Assembly: GCA_963836755.1 (NCBI GenBank)
Contig: CAWIKF010000002.1
Coordinates: 1,216,001-1,280,000, forward strand
DNA from: an uncultured Verrucomicrobiae bacterium
GTDB taxonomy: Bacteria; Verrucomicrobiota; Verrucomicrobiia; Chthoniobacterales; Chthoniobacteraceae
DNA length: 64,000 bases
Reading direction: 5' to 3'
Part shown: positions 11,025 through 22,667 of the stretch, piece by piece
Layout: each line of letters opens with the position of its first letter
How positions within the stretch are numbered: position 1 is the stretch's first letter
The notes under the pieces: generated by a model
The model's database searches: none
Told to the model about the DNA's origin: nothing
Seen by the model: the letters and a program-made list of their open reading frames with translations, nothing else
Position numbers and translations under genes: made by a program

Positions 11025-13940
11025 ATGTCCGACCATTCCAGTTGCCAGACATCCGCGCGCGATTTAGGAAGAACGCCGCGCCATCCGCTGCTCTCGCCGT
11101 CGGACACTTTCCTCCGCCGCCATCTCGGGCCGGGTGAGGAAGAGATCGCGCAAATGCTCGCGCAGCTTGGCTTCAAATCAATGGACGCGCTGATCGACAG
11201 TGCGCTGCCGGCGGACATCCGACTGCGTGAACCGCTCGCGCTGCCGGAGGCGAAAGGCGAGCACGAAACCCTCACGGAGCTCCGCGAAATGGTCGCCGCG
11301 AACGACGTTTTCAAAAACTACATCGGCCTCGGCTATCACGATTGCATCACACCGCCGGTCATCCAACGCAACATCCTCGAAAATCCCGGCTGGTATACCG
11401 CTTACACGCCATATCAGGCTGAGATCGCGCAGGGCCGGCTCGAGGCGCTGCTGAATTTTCAAACGATGGTCACCGATTTGACCGGGCTCGACATTGCCAA
11501 CGCGTCGATGCTCGATGAGGCGACTGCTGCGGCCGAAGCGATGTCGATGTGTCACGCGTTGCGGAAAAATTCCGCCGCAAACACGATCTTCGTTTCGGAA
11601 AATTGTTTCCCGCAAACCATCGCGCTCATCCGGACGCGCGCGCAACCGCTCGAGATCAAAGTCGTCATCGGCGATGAAAAAACGTTCGACTTTGACTCCA
11701 ATGTTTTTGCCGCACTTTTCCCATATCCGTGCGCCAATGGCGCGATTCGCGACTATCGCGCGGTCATTGAAAAAGTGCACGAGACGGGAGGATTTGCCAT
11801 TTTCGCAGCCGACATTCTCGCGCTGACTTTGCTCACGCCGCCCGGAGAATTTGGCGCCGACATCGCAGTCGGCAGCACGCAACGTTTCGGCGTTCCGCTC
11901 GGATTCGGCGGCCCGCACGCGGCATATCTTGCCACGCGCGACGCATTCAAACGCCACATGCCCGGCCGGCTCGTCGGCATCTCGCACGATGCGGAAGGCC
12001 GCCCGGCGTATCGCCTCGCGCTGCAGACGCGCGAGCAGCACATCCGTCGCGAAAAAGCGACGAGCAACATCTGCACGGCGCAGGTGCTTCTCGCAGTAAT
12101 GGCGTCAATGTTCGCGGTTTATCACGGGCCGGATGGCTTGCGCCGCATCGCGCGGCGCGTGTATTTTTTCACGAGGATTTTGTCGGTCGGATTGAAGCGA
12201 CTCGGATTTGAAATCAGTGCCGAGCCATTTTTTGACACGGTGGAGATCGGCCTAGGCAAAGGGCTCGCGAGCGATCTTGTGAAAAGGGCTGCGCAGCAGC
12301 ACATCAATTTCCGCGTTTGCGGCGAGCATTCCGTTTGCGTCACGCTCGATGAAACGGTGGATGACCTGGCGGAACTTTTTCGCGTATTCAACGGCGGGAA
12401 GGATCCGGAATTCACGACCGAGGAATTGGCTGCGGGAATCAATACGGAAGTCGATGCAAACTTTGCTCGCACGAGTTCCTTTTTGACGCATCAGGTGTTC
12501 AATAAACATCACACAGAGACGGAAATGTTGCGCTACATCCGCCGGCTCGAGGCGAAGGATTTGTCGCTCACGACCTCGATGATCCCGCTTGGATCGTGCA
12601 CGATGAAATTGAACGCGACATCGGAGATGATGCCGGTGACGTGGCGGCACATCGGCACGCTGCATCCGTTCGCACCGGCGGAGCAGACGCGTGGCTACCA
12701 GCAATTGTTTAACGAGCTGGAAAGCTGGCTCGCTGAGATCACAGGCTTCGCGGCTGTCTCGCTGCAGCCAAACGCCGGCTCTCAAGGCGAATACGCCGGT
12801 CTGCTCGCGATCCGCGGCTTTCACCAAAGTCGCGGCGAAACGCATCGCAATATTTGCCTCATCCCGCAATCCGCTCACGGCACAAATCCCGCGAGCGCTG
12901 TGATGGCGGGCTTTCGCGTCGTTCCCGTGCGTTGCGTGGACGAGGGCGATATCGATCTTGCGGATCTGCGCGCGAAGGCGGAGCAATATCACAATGAGCT
13001 CGCGTGCCTGATGGTGACGTATCCCAGCACGCACGGCGTTTTTGAGGAAACGATTCGCGAAGTCTGCGCGATCGTCCACGCGCACGGCGGCCAGGTTTAC
13101 ATGGATGGCGCAAATATGAATGCGCAGGTCGGCTTGTGCCGGCCGGGCGACATTGGCGCGGATGTCTGCCATTTAAATCTGCACAAAACTTTTTGCATTC
13201 CGCACGGCGGTGGCGGCCCGGGAATGGGACCGATCGGCGTCGCGCAACATCTCGCGCCTTTTCTGCCTGGCCATTTTGTCTTGAACGCCGATGACGAAGG
13301 CGCTGCCGGCGCGGTATCGGCGGCGCCGTGGGGAAGCGCGTCGATTCTCGTAATCCCATGGGTTTACATCCGCATGATGGGCGGCGACGGGCTGACGCAG
13401 GCGACGAAAGTCGCGATCCTCAATGCGAATTACATTGCGCGGCGGCTGGAGCCGTTTTTTCCAGTTTTATACAAAGGTAAAACGGAGCTCGTGGCGCACG
13501 AATGCATCCTCGATTTGCGTCGCTGGAAAACGGCGGGCATCGAAGTCGAGGATGTGGCGAAGCGGCTGATGGATTACGGTTTTCACGCGCCGACCATTTC
13601 GTGGCCGGTGCCGGGCACGATGATGATCGAGCCGACCGAGAGTGAATCGAAAGAAGAGCTGGACCGTTTTTGCGACGCGATGATTTCCATTTACGCCGAA
13701 ATGCGTGCAATCGAAAATGGCACGGCGGACCGAGAGGATAATCTCCTCAAAAACGCTCCGCACACCGTTCACACGCTCGTTGGCGAAAACTGGACGCATC
13801 CTTACAGCCGCGAGAGCGCCGCTTTTCCGGCGCCATGGGTGCGCGAGCATAAATTCTGGCCGGCGGTCGCGCGTATCGACAGCGTTTTTGGCGATCGCAA
13901 TCTCGTTTGCACCTGCCCGCCGGTGGAATCCTACGCGTAG
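11025..13940 (+). CDS. gcvP: Glycine dehydrogenase (P protein)
   Basis: [44 protein letters not shown]. Confidence 0.97.
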   Translation: MSDHSSCQTSARDLGRTPRHPLLSPSDTFLRRHLGPGEEEIAQMLAQLGFKSMDALIDSALPADIRLREPLALPEAKGEHETLTELREMVAANDVFKNYIGLGYHDCITPPVIQRNILENPGWYTAYTPYQAEIAQGRLEALLNFQTMVTDLTGLDIANASMLDEATAAAEAMSMCHALRKNSAANTIFVSENCFPQTIALIRTRAQPLEIKVVIGDEKTFDFDSNVFAALFPYPCANGAIRDYRAVIEKVHETGGFAIFAADILALTLLTPPGEFGADIAVGSTQRFGVPLGFGGPHAAYLATRDAFKRHMPGRLVGISHDAEGRPAYRLALQTREQHIRREKATSNICTAQVLLAVMASMFAVYHGPDGLRRIARRVYFFTRILSVGLKRLGFEISAEPFFDTVEIGLGKGLASDLVKRAAQQHINFRVCGEHSVCVTLDETVDDLAELFRVFNGGKDPEFTTEELAAGINTEVDANFARTSSFLTHQVFNKHHTETEMLRYIRRLEAKDLSLTTSMIPLGSCTMKLNATSEMMPVTWRHIGTLHPFAPAEQTRGYQQLFNELESWLAEITGFAAVSLQPNAGSQGEYAGLLAIRGFHQSRGETHRNICLIPQSAHGTNPASAVMAGFRVVPVRCVDEGDIDLADLRAKAEQYHNELACLMVTYPSTHGVFEETIREVCAIVHAHGGQVYMDGANMNAQVGLCRPGDIGADVCHLNLHKTFCIPHGGGGPGMGPIGVAQHLAPFLPGHFVLNADDEGAAGAVSAAPWGSASILVIPWVYIRMMGGDGLTQATKVAILNANYIARRLEPFFPVLYKGKTELVAHECILDLRRWKTAGIEVEDVAKRLMDYGFHAPTISWPVPGTMMIEPTESESKEELDRFCDAMISIYAEMRAIENGTADREDNLLKNAPHTVHTLVGENWTHPYSRESAAFPAPWVREHKFWPAVARIDSVFGDRNLVCTCPPVESYA

Positions 13941-14002
13941 GCGCAGGGGGCAGGCGCGAGATATTTCGAGGCAAGGTCTGCATCCTGCTTAAGGAGGGAC
14001 AA

Positions 14003-16159
14003 ATGTTTATGGATTGGCTAAGGAGCAACTTCGATTACGTCGTTTTTGCGGCGCTTTGGGTTGCGTTGTTTGCGCTGAATCAAAAGCAGGTGCCGCGCAT
14101 TGGGCGCAGCCGCCAGCTCGATCTCATGCAATGGATTGTCGCTGCCATCATCATCATTTTCGGCGGCCCGATGATTAATTTCAGCATGTTCACCGGCAAC
14201 CGAGTCGCGGCCATGGCGCTTGTCTCGGCTCTGCTGTTCAATCTCGCCACGATCCGCATGCTGCTCGCCTCCACGCGTGCCAAAACCATTGAGCGGCGGC
14301 AGTCAGAAATTGCGCTTGCCGAGTCGGAGCGCCGCTTGTCCGTGCACGTGCAACAAACGCCGCTCGCCGTGATCGAGTGCGACCTGGAGGCGCGGATCAC
14401 CGAATGGAATGCCGCTGCGGAAAAAATCTTCGGCTGGAGCAAATCCGAGGCGCTGGGACGCAAATCGGTGGAGCTTTTGCTTGCCGACAACGCACGGGCA
14501 GCGTTCATGTCGGAACTTGAAAAACTCCTCACCGGCACCGGCGGTTCGCGGCTGACCAACGAAAACATCACTAAAGATAGCCGCCGCATCATGTGCGATT
14601 GGTTCAACACGCCCATCGTCAACAATGACGGCAAAGTCATCGGCGTCTCGTCGCTTTGCGAAGACACGACGGAGCGGCAACTGGCAGCCGTGGAAATCGA
14701 AAATCTTGCCGCATTTCCGCGCTACAATCCGAATCCGGTGATGCAATTTTCCGCGCAGGGAGACTTGATTTATTTCAACGAATCGGCGCAGCAAATGGCG
14801 AAATCTCTCGGCAAGGAAACGATCGCGGAAATGCTGCCCGAGGATACTGCCACCATCGTCCGCGAGTGCATCGCTACGGGCGACGACAAGCTGAAGCGAG
14901 AAACAAAGATCGGCACGCGCACGATTTCGTGGTCGTTTTTCCCGATCGCCGCCCTTCGCTGCGTCCATTGTTACGCGTCGGATTTCACGGAGCGGCTAAA
15001 CCTCGAACAGCAGCTACGCCAATCGCAAAAAATGCAGTCGGTCGGGCAGCTCGCCGCCGGCGTTGCGCATGATTTCAACAACATCCTCACGATCATCCAG
15101 GGCCATTCGGAACTGATGACCGGCACTGAAAAGCTCACGCCGCCGGGAATCGAATCTCTCGACCAGATCCGGCTCGCAGCCGAGCGCGCGGCGAAGCTGA
15201 CTCAGCAATTGCTCACGTTTGGACGCAAGCAATTCATGCAGGTCGAACCGATTACGATTAACGACGTGATAAATCGCGTCACACAAATGTTGCGCCGCGT
15301 CCTCGGCGAAAATGTTTCGCTGCGATGCAATCTCGCTCCACGGCTGCCGGTCATCGAGGGCGACGTTACGATGATGGAACAAATCATCATGAACCTTTCC
15401 GTGAACGCCCGCGACGCGATGCCGAACGGTGGCTCGCTAATTATCGGCACGGTGCCTGTGATGGTCACGCGGGCTTATGTGACGCGGAATCCGGAGGCGC
15501 GCGAGGGCACGTTTGTTTGCCTAAGCGTCAGCGACAACGGCACGGGCATCGAGCACGACAAACTCACGAAACTTTTCGAGCCGTTTTTCACCACGAAAGA
15601 AGTGGGCAAGGGCACCGGCCTCGGACTTGCCACAGTGTATGGCATTGTAAAACAACACCACGGCTGGGTTGAGGTGGAAAGCGAAGTCGGCAAAGGCACT
15701 GTTTTCAAAGTTTTCCTGCCGAGCACCACGAAAACCGCCGCTGCGAAGGACGGGAAGGTCCCGCCGCAAAACATCCGGGGCGGCCGCGAAACGGTTCTTC
15801 TCGTTGAGGACGAAGCGGGCGTTCTCAGCCTCGCGCGCGGCGTGTTGCGCAGCTACGGCTACGATGTGCTCGAGGCGCGCTCCGGCGTGGAAGCGCTTCG
15901 CGTCTGGGCGCAGCACGACACGCGGATCGATCTGCTGTTAACCGATATCGTGATGCCAGAAGGCATGTCAGGCCTCGAGCTCGCGAAAAAGTTGCGGGTT
16001 GAAAAACACGACTTGAAGGTGCTTTACAGCTCCGGCTACTCGATCGAGGTCGCGGGCCATGATTTCGGGCTGCGCGAGGGGATGGCGTTTTTGAAAAAGC
16101 CGTATCAACCGCAAATGCTTGCGCAAAAAGTTCGCGAGTGTCTCGACCTGCGCGCCTAG
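14003..16159 (+). CDS. PAS-domain hybrid sensor histidine kinase/response regulator
   Basis: N-terminal hydrophobic segments, PAS, AHDFNN H-box, NARDAM, GTGLGL, C-terminal receiver; RBS AAGGAGG. Confidence 0.92.
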   Translation: MFMDWLRSNFDYVVFAALWVALFALNQKQVPRIGRSRQLDLMQWIVAAIIIIFGGPMINFSMFTGNRVAAMALVSALLFNLATIRMLLASTRAKTIERRQSEIALAESERRLSVHVQQTPLAVIECDLEARITEWNAAAEKIFGWSKSEALGRKSVELLLADNARAAFMSELEKLLTGTGGSRLTNENITKDSRRIMCDWFNTPIVNNDGKVIGVSSLCEDTTERQLAAVEIENLAAFPRYNPNPVMQFSAQGDLIYFNESAQQMAKSLGKETIAEMLPEDTATIVRECIATGDDKLKRETKIGTRTISWSFFPIAALRCVHCYASDFTERLNLEQQLRQSQKMQSVGQLAAGVAHDFNNILTIIQGHSELMTGTEKLTPPGIESLDQIRLAAERAAKLTQQLLTFGRKQFMQVEPITINDVINRVTQMLRRVLGENVSLRCNLAPRLPVIEGDVTMMEQIIMNLSVNARDAMPNGGSLIIGTVPVMVTRAYVTRNPEAREGTFVCLSVSDNGTGIEHDKLTKLFEPFFTTKEVGKGTGLGLATVYGIVKQHHGWVEVESEVGKGTVFKVFLPSTTKTAAAKDGKVPPQNIRGGRETVLLVEDEAGVLSLARGVLRSYGYDVLEARSGVEALRVWAQHDTRIDLLLTDIVMPEGMSGLELAKKLRVEKHDLKVLYSSGYSIEVAGHDFGLREGMAFLKKPYQPQMLAQKVRECLDLRA

Positions 16160-16276
16160 ACTTTTCTTTCGCCGCTCCGGCGTTAGTTTTCGCGCAGTGA
16201 ATTTAAAAACAGAACGAGGTTCCGGCGGTTTGGTCGCGAGCGCTCCACGCAAAATCTCTTCGCACTCGCCACTAAA

Positions 16277-17128
16277 ATGCGGCCAGCCGCTCTCGTCCTT
16301 TTCTTCATTTCGATTTGCGCGGCAAATGCGACTGATCCGGCAATAGCCGATCTCCTGCGGCAGGGCGACGCGGAAGTCAGTGCGGGTAATCTTCGCGGGG
16401 CGCTCACCTTTTTTAGCGAGGCGGAAAAAAAGGATCCGCAAGACGTCGACGTGCTCCTGCGCATTTCGCAGCAATACAGCGATCTTGTTCCCGCGGCGAA
16501 GACTCCAGCAGAGGCGCAATCTTTGGCAGAAACCTCTCTCGCTTATGCCAAACGTGCGCGCGCGCTCGCGCCGCAAAATGCGAAGGCGCACCTCGCACTC
16601 GCGATCGCATATGGGCGGCTGGCCGATTTTGAGGACAACAAAACGAAGCTCGTGTATTCGCGCAATGTCGAAGACGAGGCGAAAAAATCGATCGCGCTCG
16701 ATCCGCACGATGCGTATGCGTTCCATGTTCTCGGCGTTTGGAATTATCGCGTCGCAAATCTCAACACGCTGCTGAAGTTGATGGCGCGCTACATTTACGG
16801 CGGCATGCCACCGGCGTCGAATGAAGAGGCGGTGCGCGATTTTCAAAAAGCAATCGCGCTGGCGCCGCAGCGCATCCTGCATCACGAGGAGTTGGCGCGC
16901 GTTTACGTGGCGATGGGCAAACACGATCTCGCGCACAAGGAATGGAAAACCATCCTCGCGCTGCCGGCGGCGAATGCCGAAGACGAGAAGGTGCAAAGCG
17001 AGGCAAAAACTTTGCTCGGGACCGATCAGCCCTTGAGCACCAGCACGAGCCAGCCGGCCAGCAAGCTCAGTCCACCGAGCGGTGTGATCGCGCCGAGCCA
17101 GCGCACGCCGCTGAAAGCGAGCAAATAA
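16277..17128 (+). CDS. Secreted TPR-repeat protein
   Basis: Signal peptide and TPR-like helical repeats. Confidence 0.75.
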   Translation: MRPAALVLFFISICAANATDPAIADLLRQGDAEVSAGNLRGALTFFSEAEKKDPQDVDVLLRISQQYSDLVPAAKTPAEAQSLAETSLAYAKRARALAPQNAKAHLALAIAYGRLADFEDNKTKLVYSRNVEDEAKKSIALDPHDAYAFHVLGVWNYRVANLNTLLKLMARYIYGGMPPASNEEAVRDFQKAIALAPQRILHHEELARVYVAMGKHDLAHKEWKTILALPAANAEDEKVQSEAKTLLGTDQPLSTSTSQPASKLSPPSGVIAPSQRTPLKASK

Positions 17129-17391
17129 AGACTGCCGCTAAAAACGATCACACCCGCGAGGATTAGGCAATAGGCCAGCAGCGGAAGTGGATCACGCGGT
17201 GCTAGCACTAGTAAAACAACTGCGTGCACGAGATGATACAGCACCGCCTTTTCCCAAACGTCCGCGAAGCCGTTTTGCGCCAGCGTTTGCTTGAGCGCAT
17301 GCGCGCCGAACGCGCCCAGCGCTACGGCTAAAAAACCAAGCGCAGCAGCGATCCGGAAAGCAGAGTGGTTTGTCATGAAAATGAATTTCAT
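17026..17391 (-). CDS. DUF423 family membrane protein
   Basis: LGAFGAHAL, FSGSLY, LGAITPLGG. Confidence 0.88.
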   Translation of the reverse strand: MKFIFMTNHSAFRIAAALGFLAVALGAFGAHALKQTLAQNGFADVWEKAVLYHLVHAVVLLVLAPRDPLPLLAYCLILAGVIVFSGSLYLLAFSGVRWLGAITPLGGLSLLAGWLVLVLKG

Positions 17392-17424
17392 GATTCTCCG
17401 GAAACCTGTTCATTCTGTCAAAAC

Positions 17425-17922
17425 ATGGACTGGAAAAACTGGCAGCCGCGCGACCGCGCGAACCTTTGCTTCATTTTAAAAGACGAACAACTTTTGCTTA
17501 TTCGCAAAAAGCGCGGGCTCGGCGCGGGAAAAATCAACGCGCCTGGCGGCAAGATTGAGTCGGGCGAAACCGCGGAAGAAGCTGCGGTGCGCGAAACGCG
17601 CGAAGAAGTAGGCTTGATGCCAATCGCGCCGGAACTTCGCGGGGAATTGTCGTTTCAATTTGCCGATGGCTACAGCTTGCACTGCGCAGTTTTTCTCGCG
17701 TTCGATTACACCGGCGAGCTCATCGAAACTGATGAAGCCGCGCCATTTTGGAGCCGGCTCGATTCTCTTCCCTACCATGAAATGTGGGAGGATGACCGGC
17801 ACTGGCTGCCGCTGCTGCTTGAGGGCAAATCTTTTTCCGGCTATTTCGTTTTTGACGGCGAGGAAATGAAATCGCACGAAATTCAGATCGTAACTGAGCT
17901 TCTGGACCAGCGGCTCGTGTGA
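17425..17922 (+). CDS. NUDIX hydrolase (8-oxo-dGTP diphosphatase-like)
   Basis: Nudix box GGKIESGETAEEAAVRETREEVGL; MWEDDRHWLP. Confidence 0.9.
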   Translation: MDWKNWQPRDRANLCFILKDEQLLLIRKKRGLGAGKINAPGGKIESGETAEEAAVRETREEVGLMPIAPELRGELSFQFADGYSLHCAVFLAFDYTGELIETDEAAPFWSRLDSLPYHEMWEDDRHWLPLLLEGKSFSGYFVFDGEEMKSHEIQIVTELLDQRLV

Positions 17923-18758
17923 TGGGAAAAGTCGTCATCCTCGGCTGCGGTTTCGTCGGGGCAAGAGCAGCGCGATCGTTTGCTGAAGCGGGCTGGGAGG
18001 TGATTGGCGTCACGCACACTGAGGAATCAGCGCAAAAGTTGGCCGGGGAACCCTTCCGCGTTTTTGCATGCGATATCACTGTGCCGGAGGCTTTGCGTCG
18101 TCAGCCAGAATTGATGCGAGCCAACGTTTTGATCAGCGCCGTCAGCTCGGGTCGCGGCGATGCAGATGTTTATCGCAGCGTTTATTTGGAGGGATTACGG
18201 AACGCAACAAAGATTTTACAACCGCAAGCCATTCTTTTCGTCAGCAGCACGTCGGTTTACGCTCAATGTGATGGCGAATGGGTCAGTGAAGAAAATCCCG
18301 CGGATCCCCAGCGGGAGACAGGAAAAGTTTTGCGCGAGGCGGAGGAATTTGCGCTAAAGGAGAATGGCTCGGTGGCGCGGCTGGCAGGGATTTATGGGCC
18401 GGGGAGATGGATGCTGTTGCAAAAATTCTTGGAAGGCCGTGCGATGATCGAAGGCGATGGACAGCGGTTTTTGAATCAGATTCATGCCGACGATGCGGCA
18501 AGCGCATTGGTCCATCTCATTATGCGGAATGCGCCGCGCGGCATTTATAATGTGGCGGACGATGCTCCGATGACACAGCGGGATGTTTACACATTGCTGG
18601 CGGAGCATTTTCGAAAATCGCTTCCACCATCAGGTCCGATCGACCACAGCCGAAAACGCGGATGGACGAACAAGCGCGTCAGCAATCGCAAACTCCGCGC
18701 GACCGGCTGGGCGCCGCGGTTTCCATCGATCCGGGAAGCGTTGGAAGCGTTTCACTAG
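17919..18758 (+). CDS. NAD-dependent epimerase/dehydratase (SDR)
   Basis: GCGFVG, SSTSVY, RLAGIYGPGR. Confidence 0.88.
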   Translation: MMGKVVILGCGFVGARAARSFAEAGWEVIGVTHTEESAQKLAGEPFRVFACDITVPEALRRQPELMRANVLISAVSSGRGDADVYRSVYLEGLRNATKILQPQAILFVSSTSVYAQCDGEWVSEENPADPQRETGKVLREAEEFALKENGSVARLAGIYGPGRWMLLQKFLEGRAMIEGDGQRFLNQIHADDAASALVHLIMRNAPRGIYNVADDAPMTQRDVYTLLAEHFRKSLPPSGPIDHSRKRGWTNKRVSNRKLRATGWAPRFPSIREALEAFH

Positions 18759-18845
18759 AAAAAATTTGCGCCGGCTTCATGCGGCGGCGAAGCTGATCGC
18801 GCGTCGCGCGCATCCCCACCACCCGCGCCGGCGCGTTCATTCATC

Positions 18846-19805
18846 ATGCGCCCGATCCGTTTTTTCTTCGCCAGCATTGTCGCATTCGTCTGCTCCGTTG
18901 CTCCGGTCTTCGGCTACGGAACTGCCGGACACGAAGCGGTTGGAAACATTGCTGCGCATTATCTCGAGGGCAGCCGCACGGAAACCGAGGTTGCGAAGCT
19001 GCTGCGGCCGGGCGAGACGCTGGCAAAGGCCTGCACCTGGGCCGATCGCGCAAAGTTGCCGGATCAATATCTGACGCCCGAGATGAAGGAGTTCGTCGCG
19101 AACAATCCCGATCATCACAAATACCATTTTTGCGACGTTCCTTTTCAGGAGAAAATTTACCGCGACGGCGGGACCGGCACGAATAACGAAGACGTCGTGC
19201 ACATGATGAAGCTGTGCATCGAGGTCTTGAGCAATCCCGCAATCGCGGCGAACAACCCGCATCACCTGACTCCGCGCGTCGCGCTGCTCTTGCTCGCGCA
19301 TTACACCGGCGACGTCCATCAGCCGTTGCACGTCGGCTGCAGCTACGTGGACAGGGAGAATCATTTCGTCGATCCGGACAAAGGCGGGCAGGGACAGGAG
19401 GATGCGGGCGCGAACTTCTTCAAACTAAACAAGAGCATTTCGCTCCACGGTTACTGGGACACGACCGCGGTGAAACTGGCCAAAGACATGGCGCATGGAG
19501 AAAATTTCGCGCAGTTCCTGATCGAGAAAAATCCGCCGAAGCTTGAATGGAAAACGAAAGGGCTGATCGCATCATGGCCGGAAAAGTGGGTCAACGACAC
19601 CTTGCAGCTTTCGGAACAATGTTATGCAGGGATTAAACTGAGTGATCGCCATACTGTTCCCGGCGACGAGACGCATCCGGCGCATGATGAGTGGAAAGTC
19701 ACGCTTCCGCCCGGTTATGATCAGCGCGCGGCAAATATCGTGGAGCTGGAACTCGCGAAGGCTGGCTATCGGCTGGCTGAAGTGCTGAAAGCGATCTGGC
19801 CTTGA
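18846..19805 (+). CDS. S1/P1 nuclease
   Basis: Signal peptide, YGTAGH, WAD, HYTGDVHQPLH, LHGYWD, AGYRLA. Confidence 0.9.
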   Translation: MRPIRFFFASIVAFVCSVAPVFGYGTAGHEAVGNIAAHYLEGSRTETEVAKLLRPGETLAKACTWADRAKLPDQYLTPEMKEFVANNPDHHKYHFCDVPFQEKIYRDGGTGTNNEDVVHMMKLCIEVLSNPAIAANNPHHLTPRVALLLLAHYTGDVHQPLHVGCSYVDRENHFVDPDKGGQGQEDAGANFFKLNKSISLHGYWDTTAVKLAKDMAHGENFAQFLIEKNPPKLEWKTKGLIASWPEKWVNDTLQLSEQCYAGIKLSDRHTVPGDETHPAHDEWKVTLPPGYDQRAANIVELELAKAGYRLAEVLKAIWP

Positions 19806-19817
19806 TCCGACGGCGCG

Positions 19818-20369
19818 TCAAACGCTCTCTCGCTGCAATTTTTTCAAGCGCCCGCTGAGGGCAACTTTGGTCGCCGAGTTCATACGGTCGATGAAAAGAA
19901 TGCCATGCAGATGATCGTGCTCATGTTGCAGCGCGCGCGCGAGCAGACCGGTCGCCATGAACTCCATGTCGCTCCCGTCCAGCAGTTGCGCCCGCGCGGT
20001 GACGACAGCTGCGCGCGCGATGTCGCCATTGATGTCGGGAAAACTGAGGCAGCCCTCGGAGCTGACGACGCGCTCCTTGCCAAGCGTGAGCTGCGGATTC
20101 ACCAGCACGAGCGGCATCCATTTTTCGAGGTCGACGCTTTCGCCGCCAATGAACATTTCACTCGGCCGATCCTCGGACCCGGTCACGTCGATGACGGTGA
20201 GCTGAACCGCTTCGCCGACCTGCTGTGCGGCGAGTCCGACGCCATTCGCCGATCGCATCGTCTCGATCATGTCTTTGGCAAGCTCGCGGATTTCCTTCGT
20301 AATGTTTCCGATCGCCTTGCCCTTCGCGCGCAACACCGGCTCGCCGTATTTCACAATCTCGCGGATCAT
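19818..20369 (-). CDS. def: Peptide deformylase
   Basis: GVGLAAQQ, EGCLS, QHEHDHL. Confidence 0.96.
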   Translation of the reverse strand: MIREIVKYGEPVLRAKGKAIGNITKEIRELAKDMIETMRSANGVGLAAQQVGEAVQLTVIDVTGSEDRPSEMFIGGESVDLEKWMPLVLVNPQLTLGKERVVSSEGCLSFPDINGDIARAAVVTARAQLLDGSDMEFMATGLLARALQHEHDHLHGILFIDRMNSATKVALSGRLKKLQRESV

Positions 20370-20779
20370 TGTGCGGTCGTTTCGGTTAAAGCCGGCACGT
20401 TTTTGACGCCAGATTCTTTGAGCGCGTCGAGGACTTTGATGATGACGCCGAAGGGCGCGTTGGTGTCCGCGTTCAGCGCGACTGGCCGATCGGGCGAAGT
20501 GGCGAGCATTTGCTGCAACGCATCTTTCAGGTTTTCGAGCGCAACATTTTTTCCTTGGAGAAAAAGTTCACCGTCTTTCTTGATCGAGAGCAAAGCCGGA
20601 TCAGAAGAATTTGGCGCGGCGAGGGCTGTGGCGGATTTCGGAAGCTGAATGACAACAGCCGGTTGATCACGTTTAAACGTAGTCGTCACGATGACAAAGA
20701 TGAGCAGGATCGCAAGAATATCGATGAGCGATACGATGATGACCGCAGGCATGCGGCGCTTGCGCGCGTAAAACTTCAC
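20366..20779 (-). CDS. exbD: Biopolymer transporter ExbD/TolR
   Basis: SLIDILAILLIFVIV membrane segment with Asp; GTG start overlaps exbB stop. Confidence 0.88.
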   Translation of the reverse strand: MKFYARKRRMPAVIIVSLIDILAILLIFVIVTTTFKRDQPAVVIQLPKSATALAAPNSSDPALLSIKKDGELFLQGKNVALENLKDALQQMLATSPDRPVALNADTNAPFGVIIKVLDALKESGVKNVPALTETTAQ

Positions 20780-21480
20780 AGGATTTGATCGATTTCCGCC
20801 ACTGGCGCCGGACCTTTCACCGACTGACGCCGCTGCTTTTGGTAGTAGCATTTCGCGAGCAGCTCCGCGATGAGCGATTCCATTTCAGCCGCCATCGTCT
20901 CGATTTTTTTTGAGAAATAGGAATACGCGATCAGGCTCGGAATGGCGATCGCGAGGCCGACAATCGTTGTGCTGAGCGCCTCAGAAATTCCTTTCGCGAT
21001 TCCGCGCGGATCGCTCACTGTGGCGCTCGCGCCGAGATTCGCAAAGACGGAGACCAAGCCAGAGACGGCGCCGAGAAGGCCGAGCAGGGGAGCGATGCCG
21101 ACGACGACTTCGAGCACGACGAGCCCCGCCTCGAGCCGCACGATTTCGTGGCGTGCGCGTGTTTGGACCGCCTCGATGTTTTCCATTTTCGGCCACTGCA
21201 AATTGCGCAGCCCCGTTTTCACCACGCGTCCGAGCGGCGAATCATCGGCGCGCACGAGCCGCGCGAGTTTCACCACCGCTTCGGAGTCGTCGGCAGGCTC
21301 CAGTTCCTCCACGCCTTTCTCGATCTGGGGCGGCATCACAGTGTCTCGCCGCAGCGCAAAGCTGCGCCACAAGATCACCGCGAGCGACACGACCGAGCAG
21401 ATGACGAGCGTGCCCATGAAGAAGCCGCCCTGCAAAAAAAACTGGAGCGCGGAATTTACCGAGGCGAGGAGCGGGATCAT
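20776..21480 (-). CDS. exbB: MotA/TolQ/ExbB proton channel
   Basis: APLLGLLG, GISEALSTTIVGLAIAIP. Confidence 0.9.
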   Translation of the reverse strand: MIPLLASVNSALQFFLQGGFFMGTLVICSVVSLAVILWRSFALRRDTVMPPQIEKGVEELEPADDSEAVVKLARLVRADDSPLGRVVKTGLRNLQWPKMENIEAVQTRARHEIVRLEAGLVVLEVVVGIAPLLGLLGAVSGLVSVFANLGASATVSDPRGIAKGISEALSTTIVGLAIAIPSLIAYSYFSKKIETMAAEMESLIAELLAKCYYQKQRRQSVKGPAPVAEIDQIL

Positions 21481-22619
21481 GGGTTTAAGTCGTAGCAGTT
21501 AAAACGCGCCGCCGGTATCTCCAACCGGCCATTTCGCAACATCGGAGTCAACTCCTCCGGCACGGGCGGCAGCTTTGACTCCAGAATTGCGCGGATGGTG
21601 ATGTTTGCAAGTTCATCGTTCGCGGTGTTCGAGAGCACCTTCACATTCGAGGTCACGCCTTCCTGGCTGATCACGAAACTCACCGTCACTTCGCCGGCCG
21701 TGATGAGCCCGCCTTTCTGCCGCACATAATGATTCCACCGCGAGCCGACCATGTTGTGCATCACGGCCTCGTAACGTCCCCGCGGCGTCCCGACCGCGTC
21801 CACGCCGGCCTTGCCGCGCTGCGTGATGCCGCTTTCGATTTGGCCTTTTTCTTTGAAAGCCTGCGTGCCCGGCTCGCTGGACGGCGTGCTCTCCTCGGGC
21901 CGCGCGCGCAATGCCGGAGGCGGAATCAGCTTCGCCACCTGCTCCGGAGTCGGCGTCGGAGTCGCGGGCGCCGGCGAGTTCAGCGGGAGCGGCGTTGGCT
22001 TCCCGAGCGCGAACGTATCCTTCGGCGGCGCGGTCGTCGCGGGCACTGGCGTGGGATTAAAAAAAGGCGTCGCGCGCGGCACACTCGCGTCCGTCAATTC
22101 CTTCGGGATCGGCAGCTTCGGTTTCGGCGTCGGCTGCGCTTTTTCCGCGGTCGATGGTCGAGGCTTTTCTGGCGCGGAGTTCGATTGCTTGGCAATCGCC
22201 ACCGCCGGCTGCTGGCCTTTTCCCATCGAATAATCCTGTGTTTTAAATTCCGTGAACGGCAGTTTTCGCCCGGTCTGCCCCGGCAACGGCGCAGAGCCGG
22301 TCGCCGGCGTTTCACTGCCCGCGTGCGAATTTCTATCCGACTCGAAAACCGCATTCGACGGTGCCTTTTCATCCGGCGTCAAACCATCCGTATCGAGCAG
22401 CGTCCGCGTGTGCGTCGCGCTCTGGTTCGCCGCAATCAATGGCGCTGGCGTTGGCGTCGCAGCAGCCACCAGCTTGACTTCCAGCGGTTCAAAGTTCGGC
22501 GCAGCCTTTGCAAAGTCCATCGGATGCAGGCGCGTCCAAATCATGAGAAATGCGCACCCAAGGACATGCAGAAACAGGGACGCAATGATCGCGATGGTGA
22601 TTTTCTGCCGATCCGACAT
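21477..22619 (-). CDS. TonB/TolA-like energy transducer
   Basis: N-terminal SLFLH membrane anchor, Pro-rich linker, TonB-C-like domain; next to exbBD. Confidence 0.8.
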   Translation of the reverse strand: MSDRQKITIAIIASLFLHVLGCAFLMIWTRLHPMDFAKAAPNFEPLEVKLVAAATPTPAPLIAANQSATHTRTLLDTDGLTPDEKAPSNAVFESDRNSHAGSETPATGSAPLPGQTGRKLPFTEFKTQDYSMGKGQQPAVAIAKQSNSAPEKPRPSTAEKAQPTPKPKLPIPKELTDASVPRATPFFNPTPVPATTAPPKDTFALGKPTPLPLNSPAPATPTPTPEQVAKLIPPPALRARPEESTPSSEPGTQAFKEKGQIESGITQRGKAGVDAVGTPRGRYEAVMHNMVGSRWNHYVRQKGGLITAGEVTVSFVISQEGVTSNVKVLSNTANDELANITIRAILESKLPPVPEELTPMLRNGRLEIPAARFNCYDLNP

Positions 22620-22667
22620 GGAAGGTGGAAAGTAAATTCCTGCATGCATGGACGCAAATCTTTCGGG